Of a DNA stretch of 32,000 bases, positions 27,346 to 32,000 are shown piece by piece. Position numbers and translations under genes: made by a program. The notes under the pieces were generated by a model. It was not told the DNA's origin, did not search any database, and saw only the letters and a list, made by a program, of their open reading frames with translations. This stretch comes from Candidatus Fokinia solitaria (GTDB taxonomy: Bacteria > Pseudomonadota > Alphaproteobacteria > Rickettsiales > Midichloriaceae): positions 300,001-332,000 of the forward strand of contig NZ_CP025989.1 in assembly GCF_003072485.1 (NCBI RefSeq), given 5' to 3'. Numbering within the stretch: the first letter of the stretch is position 1; every line of letters starts with the position of its first letter.

Positions 27346-28835
27346 TATAGTGATAGATATTTTTCCACGTTAAATGTATCTGAAAAGATATACATCAGAT
27401 TCATTAAAACGAAAAGTGCAATAATGCAAAAACGAAAATCGATAGTAAAATGCTTATGCCGTTTTGTACTTGAAACGTATATAGAAAGTTCTTTATCAAC
27501 GGCATCTTCGAGCGATATTGATGATTTTTCTCCTGCTAATATTTTTTTCACTTCGGAAAAGAATAGAGATGAAATTATTCTAAACGGGTAAAATGCCGCC
27601 ACTATCGTCGACAAAAATACCATGCACGTGGTGATATAGTAAGATTGCTGTATTAGTAATTCGAAAATATTAAGCTTAATAAAGAAGCCTGCAAGTGGCG
27701 GAATGCCGGCTACAGATAACATTAGTATACAGAATGGTAATTGATAATAAGGAGAAATGATTTTTACGTTATCAATAGTGAGAAAGCATTTATCATCATC
27801 GTTTGATAGCGAATCCAGTTTTGATAATAAGTACATTATCGGTATATGGATGAGTGTGATATAAGTACTGACGTATATTATCGAAGCATTTTCTCCGAAA
27901 GGAATTGCCATGGCCACTAGTATAAAGCCGGATTGATGTATTGCACTATATCCAAATACTCTTTTTATGTTTGACTGTTGGAGATTTACTATAGCTGGCC
28001 AAAGTGTTGTACATACTCCAAGTAATAGCATTGCTTGACATATATATTCTGAGTCTGGAAAAGCTTTGAGAATTCTAATCATCATCAAGCATATTGGCAC
28101 CTTCAGAACGCCTAGTATATATAGAGAATGTTCTATCTTTGCACTCTGTAATGTATCAGGTATCCAAAAATGTAAAGGAGGTACTCCAAGCTTGAAACAT
28201 CCGTATATCAGTAATATTGCAAATCCTGCACTTTCTAAAGTAGAAGTAGGTAAATCAAGAGCAGAAATGATCTTTATATGTTGCAAAGAATGAGAATATA
28301 TATCGACGTTGCCGTGCGAGATGTATATCAAAGCTATACCAAGTAAAAATAATATCCCTATACAATTATCAAAAATAAAATATTTTATCGCCGCTTCTAA
28401 TCCGAATTTATCTTTTGATTGAGATAAAAGTATTTGAGTCACTAAGGAAAATACCACAAGACAGAGATATATTATGATTAAATCCTGCGCTATTGCTATA
28501 ATGAGCGATGCGAAGGCGCCAAAGATCATTAAGAGTGGAGTTTCCCAATGCGCATTTTTACTAAGTGGCGCTTTGAAATATGAATGTAATGATAACGCAA
28601 TAGCACTAGAAGTAATTACAATACATGCTTTACGTGCCGTTTCAAACATTATAAGATCCTTTGTGATGAGCATTTTTTGCGCTACGAAAGTGTGAAGTTG
28701 ATGGCAGATATCGAAGATATCGAAACCGCTTAGCGCGAGAAATGTCAATGCGAGTATGTGAGAGCTTATGATGCTAAAATCAGTCCAAAAGTGGCGTACT
28801 CTATGCTTGCTTGAATGTATCAAATCTTTGTACAT
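27345..28835 (-). CDS. nuoN: NADH-quinone oxidoreductase subunit N-like (antiporter-like) protein
   Basis: Multi-TM protein with 'EAAIKYFIFDNCIGILFLLGIALIY', 'FKLGVPPLHFWIPDTLQSA', 'RVFGYSAIHQSGFILVAMA', 'MLSVAGIPPLAGFFIKLNIF'. The start is likely at 28835 (MYKDLIHSS). Confidence 0.85.
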   Translation of the reverse strand: MYKDLIHSSKHRVRHFWTDFSIISSHILALTFLALSGFDIFDICHQLHTFVAQKMLITKDLIMFETARKACIVITSSAIALSLHSYFKAPLSKNAHWETPLLMIFGAFASLIIAIAQDLIIIYLCLVVFSLVTQILLSQSKDKFGLEAAIKYFIFDNCIGILFLLGIALIYISHGNVDIYSHSLQHIKIISALDLPTSTLESAGFAILLIYGCFKLGVPPLHFWIPDTLQSAKIEHSLYILGVLKVPICLMMIRILKAFPDSEYICQAMLLLGVCTTLWPAIVNLQQSNIKRVFGYSAIHQSGFILVAMAIPFGENASIIYVSTYITLIHIPIMYLLSKLDSLSNDDDKCFLTIDNVKIISPYYQLPFCILMLSVAGIPPLAGFFIKLNIFELLIQQSYYITTCMVFLSTIVAAFYPFRIISSLFFSEVKKILAGEKSSISLEDAVDKELSIYVSSTKRHKHFTIDFRFCIIALFVLMNLMYIFSDTFNVEKYLSL

Positions 28836-28973
28836 CTTGATTGTATTGTTATGTGTATGTAGAATCCGACATTGAAACTTCAGGGTAATATCTGTTACGT
28901 TAAAAATCAAATCACCGACGTAATGTTAGTACTTTCTAAGGCAGAAAATGCCATATAAATAAATTTTGTTGTT

Positions 28974-29636
28974 ATGTTTAATATGAAAATTCATGAGGAG
29001 GGCAGGTCGTTTATTGCTATATGTTTGGCATGCGTCCTTGTAAGTTTTTTCATATCACCGTTTGCAGTAATATTCTTCAGCCTTCTTGCTATTGCTGTTG
29101 CTACTTTTTTTCGTGATCCTGATAGAGTGCCACCTCTCGCCGATAATGTAATACTCAGTCCAGCAGACGGTTCTGTCTCGAATATAGAAAATGCAATGAC
29201 TCTTCCGAAAGAAATTGCAGGTAATATAGAGGAATTAAAAGACTCGCAGTTTACTAGAGTGAGTATTTTTTTGAGCGTTTTCGATGTACACGTCAATAGA
29301 AACGCTGCAAGTGGCGTCGTTGTAGATACTTACTATAATGCGGGGAAGTTTTTTAATGCCTCGTTGGATAAAGCAAGTGAGTTTAATGAAAGACAACTTA
29401 TTTTAGTACGTACCGATGAAGGGCAATATGTATGTTTTGTGCAAATTGCAGGGCTAATTGCGAGGAGAATAGTTTGTAATCTTGATAGAAATGCAATTGT
29501 GAAAGCAGGCGAAAGATTTGGCATTATAAGATTTGGAAGTAGAATGGATGTTTACGTACCTTCTGAATATGCGTTAAATGTGCGCTTAGGACAAATTATG
29601 GTAGGTGGAGAGACAGTGATAGCTACTCGAAAGTAA
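28974..29636 (+). CDS. psd: Phosphatidylserine decarboxylase (short, Psd-B type)
   Basis: 'ATFFRDPDRVPPLADNVILSPADGSVSNIE', 'RVSIFLSVFDVHVNRNAASGVV', 'GKFFNASLDKASEFNER', 'ERFGIIRFGSRMDVYVP'. Confidence 0.95.
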   Translation: MFNMKIHEEGRSFIAICLACVLVSFFISPFAVIFFSLLAIAVATFFRDPDRVPPLADNVILSPADGSVSNIENAMTLPKEIAGNIEELKDSQFTRVSIFLSVFDVHVNRNAASGVVVDTYYNAGKFFNASLDKASEFNERQLILVRTDEGQYVCFVQIAGLIARRIVCNLDRNAIVKAGERFGIIRFGSRMDVYVPSEYALNVRLGQIMVGGETVIATRK

Positions 29637-30333
29637 TGGCAGTCTTTTTCATGTAAAAAGCCTTTTCCGTGCGATCGAGTTTTTCTATAGCGTACCTTAG
29701 CATTGTCCTTGGCATATAAGCTGCGTAAATGTTAAGAAATTTTAGTAGCGCTTCTTTCTCCTTTTTCCCCGCTTCGCGTAGCATCCAACCAGTTCCTTTA
29801 TGCAGTAATTCGTGCGTATCTCGTAGTAACAGTTCTGCAATTTGAAAAGTGTATTTCAGATCGTTTTTTCTGATAAAATATAATGTTGATACAATAGCGA
29901 TTCTGCGTTTCCACCAGTGATGTGAGTCTGCTAACGTAAATAGAATATCACGCTTCTTATCGTATAAGTGATGCCCGACTATGAGTGGAGCAGATAAATC
30001 TATGAGATTCCAATTGTTTATGTACTGTAAATTCTCCATATAAAAGCTGTATAACTCATCTTTCTTCGTAGATTTCTGATATCGATTTATCAAAACAAGT
30101 AAAGCGAATACTCTCTCTTCATTTATCTTAGATGAGAGAAAATAGTGTATCTCACTAATAGCGATCTGACTAAATGCAGTTGCAATTTTTCTTAGATTTG
30201 GCATTGACACTCCAATAAATTGATCGTGTTCTGCATAATCTCCAACTCCAGTCTTAAATGCAAATGCTGCAAATGTAGGACTTCTTGTTATGTGATCGTG
30301 AAAAGATTTTCTAATTTCTTGTATTATGTGCAT
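29623..30333 (-). CDS. DNA alkylation repair protein (AlkD-like HEAT-repeat family)
   Basis: 'GVGDYAEHDQFIGVSMPNLRKIA', 'LVNRYQKSTKKDELYSFYMENLQYINNWNLIDLSAPLIVGHHL', 'SHHWWKRRIAIVSTLYFIRKNDL', 'LLHKGTGWMLREAGKK', 'MLRYAIEKL'. Confidence 0.9.
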   Translation of the reverse strand: MHIIQEIRKSFHDHITRSPTFAAFAFKTGVGDYAEHDQFIGVSMPNLRKIATAFSQIAISEIHYFLSSKINEERVFALLVLINRYQKSTKKDELYSFYMENLQYINNWNLIDLSAPLIVGHHLYDKKRDILFTLADSHHWWKRRIAIVSTLYFIRKNDLKYTFQIAELLLRDTHELLHKGTGWMLREAGKKEKEALLKFLNIYAAYMPRTMLRYAIEKLDRTEKAFYMKKTAITFE

Positions 30334-30439
30334 CAGCGAATGAATATTGTTTTTATGCTACTTAATTAAGAAGAATATAGCACTAATAGATATAAAAGTA
30401 CTATTTGTCAAAGATAGTATCAAAGAAATGAATATCACT

Positions 30440-31387
30440 CTAATTATTAGTGATTTCTGATATTTTCCGAGAGATAGTTTTACTTATATCGAGTACTTTA
30501 AAGTACTTTGGTAAATTTGTGTGAGCAATAGTCGATGTTGTGATAATTTCACATATTGTATGTATCTTATGCGATGCAAAAAGCATATTCTGAGAAAGTA
30601 CTGCATGACTAATCATAGCTTTTATAGTTTTTGCGCCATACTTTATCAGAGTTTCTGCTGCGTTTATTACTGTCCATCCAGTATCTATAATATCATCTAC
30701 AATGATGCAATTTTTATTTAATATTGCTTTTATATCAGATTGTTTGAGCGCTGTGCCGATGCTGCGATCTTTCTTCATGATAATATGTTCGCAATGCAAT
30801 TTTTCCGCAATTTCTTTGCTTCTTTTTGCGCTTCCAAGATCTGGTGAAATTATTAAAGGATTATCGGCATTGCGAATATGTGAGGCGAATAGATCAGTAG
30901 TATCGATATTATAAAATCTCATATCAAATGCTTCTCTTGCTTTAGCAGAGTGAATATCTACCGTTAATAAGCATTCAATGGCGCTTGCCTTGATAATTTT
31001 TGCAATTGTATTAATTGGAGATGTTACTGCATATTCGCATTGCAATTGTTTATCCTGACGGCAATATGCAATGTAAGGAATAATAGCAATTATTTTAGAT
31101 GCGCCGGCATTTTGAGCTGCATTCGCCAAAAGCAGTAATTCTATAATATCGTCGTTTACGTTGCGATGTATGGAGTGCACTATAATTGCTTTATTGCCAT
31201 ATAATGAGGTATGTAGTTGAATCGAAAATTCTCCATTGGAAAACCGTTGTACAGCAGCTTGAATGTATTCAGCATTTTGATAAAAGGCTATTTTCTGCGC
31301 TATTTTTTGCGAATTTGTACCTACTATAATTTTCAATTTCTGATATAATTTTTCGTGCATTGTATCATTGCGTGAAGAGAGCATCAA
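30440..31387 (-). CDS. prs: Divergent ribose-phosphate pyrophosphokinase (PRPP synthetase family)
   Basis: 'VGTNSQKIAQKIA', 'AAVQRFSNGEFSIQL', 'AKIIAIIPYIAYCRQDKQ', 'LLTVDIHS', 'IISPDLGSAKRSKEIAEKL', 'IIVDDIIDTGWTVINAAETL'. Translation could alternatively start at Met 31360. Confidence 0.85.
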   Translation of the reverse strand: MMLSSRNDTMHEKLYQKLKIIVGTNSQKIAQKIAFYQNAEYIQAAVQRFSNGEFSIQLHTSLYGNKAIIVHSIHRNVNDDIIELLLLANAAQNAGASKIIAIIPYIAYCRQDKQLQCEYAVTSPINTIAKIIKASAIECLLTVDIHSAKAREAFDMRFYNIDTTDLFASHIRNADNPLIISPDLGSAKRSKEIAEKLHCEHIIMKKDRSIGTALKQSDIKAILNKNCIIVDDIIDTGWTVINAAETLIKYGAKTIKAMISHAVLSQNMLFASHKIHTICEIITTSTIAHTNLPKYFKVLDISKTISRKISEITNN

Positions 31388-31450
31388 TACGATTTATGCG
31401 CTTGCTTGAGATTGCGGTAACTCAATGTATTGGAGACTTACGTGTGTGTC

Positions 31451-31894
31451 TCATATTGCGAGATTTTGTATGAAAGACTCATCAAGCATTTCTTTCGCGA
31501 TAATCTCGAAAGATTCTCTGTCAATTTCTAAAAATCCGTAGCGGAAAACTGCGCCCCACGCGTCCTTATTTTTTATGAATGATAGAGAGTTAATGAGAGG
31601 CTTAATATCTGTGTGCTTTCCCTCAAAATACTTCACATTACGTCTATATGGTTGAAATTCTCCACCCATATCGAATTTATACGGCATATCATCGGTAATT
31701 ATGCCGATAGCGGTAAATTTTTGATAAACTTTACTCTCATGCATTTTTACTTTAGAAGAGTAGTATATTATAAAATCTCCTAACTTTGGTCGTTTCGCTG
31801 GCGCTAACTTACCATGGCAAAATTGGCATATGCCAAGTTTTACGCCATTTTCTACGTGTTCTTTTGAAGCGACTCCTATCCAAAACTTTGGCAT
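31451..31894 (-). CDS. EVE-domain (UPF0310/PUA-like) protein
   Basis: 'KFWIGVASKEHVENGVKLGICQFCHGKLAPAKRPKLGDFIIYYSSKV', 'FTAIGIITDD', 'PYRRNVKYFEGKHTDIKPLINSLSFIKNKDAWGAVFRYGFLEIDRESFEIIAKEM'. Confidence 0.85.
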   Translation of the reverse strand: MPKFWIGVASKEHVENGVKLGICQFCHGKLAPAKRPKLGDFIIYYSSKVKMHESKVYQKFTAIGIITDDMPYKFDMGGEFQPYRRNVKYFEGKHTDIKPLINSLSFIKNKDAWGAVFRYGFLEIDRESFEIIAKEMLDESFIQNLAI

Positions 31895-32000
31895 ATATTA
31901 GAGTATTAAGAAAACGGCAGTATAGTGAGTGAAAATCGTATTGTAAAATCTTTGCTTAACGCTTTTAGCAAAATATAAATTTTTCTCTTGAAAGATTTTT

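Noticed and set aside
1-32000. A toxin-antitoxin, restriction-modification, retron or other defence cassette
   Set aside because: No adjacent gene pairs or domains matching such systems were recognised. The EVE-domain and AlkD-like genes alone are insufficient evidence.

Overview
This 32 kb, AT-rich window is densely coding and looks like the chromosome of an alphaproteobacterial, probably Rickettsiales-like, intracellular symbiont. That placement is inferred from GTA gp12/gp13-like genes, MipZ, an NtrY-like kinase, scattered nuo/atp genes, and a nucleoside transporter next to a uridine kinase. About 24 of the roughly 26 genes can be matched to families: serS (5' truncated), two GTA/phage tail-assembly-type genes, pal, HU, ntrY-like, tolA-like, a CNT nucleoside transporter, udk, trxB, class I fba, groEL/groES, rpmG, family-4 UDG, nuoF, atpG, ruvC, rlmB/trmH, gmk, glmM, pepA, mipZ, nuoN, psd, AlkD-like, a divergent prs and an EVE-domain gene. 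A further ORF is a candidate outer-membrane beta-barrel protein. No CRISPR array, transposase, tRNA or rRNA, and no clear defence system, was recognised. The most unusual region is downstream of atpG: six tandem ~118-bp units, each repeating the last ~18 codons of atpG, the stop codon and a palindrome plus T-tract. The units fall into two classes that differ mainly by synonymous changes. A second unusual region is the ~1.2 kb convergent spacer between fba and groEL, which carries a degenerate 28-bp tandem repeat and longer duplicated blocks. Other points of note are an isolated GTA gp12-gp13 pair with its own terminator, overlapping head-to-head start codons of ruvC and rlmB, an RpoH-like promoter at groESL, and a PRPP synthetase with an altered PRPP-loop motif (DTGWT).
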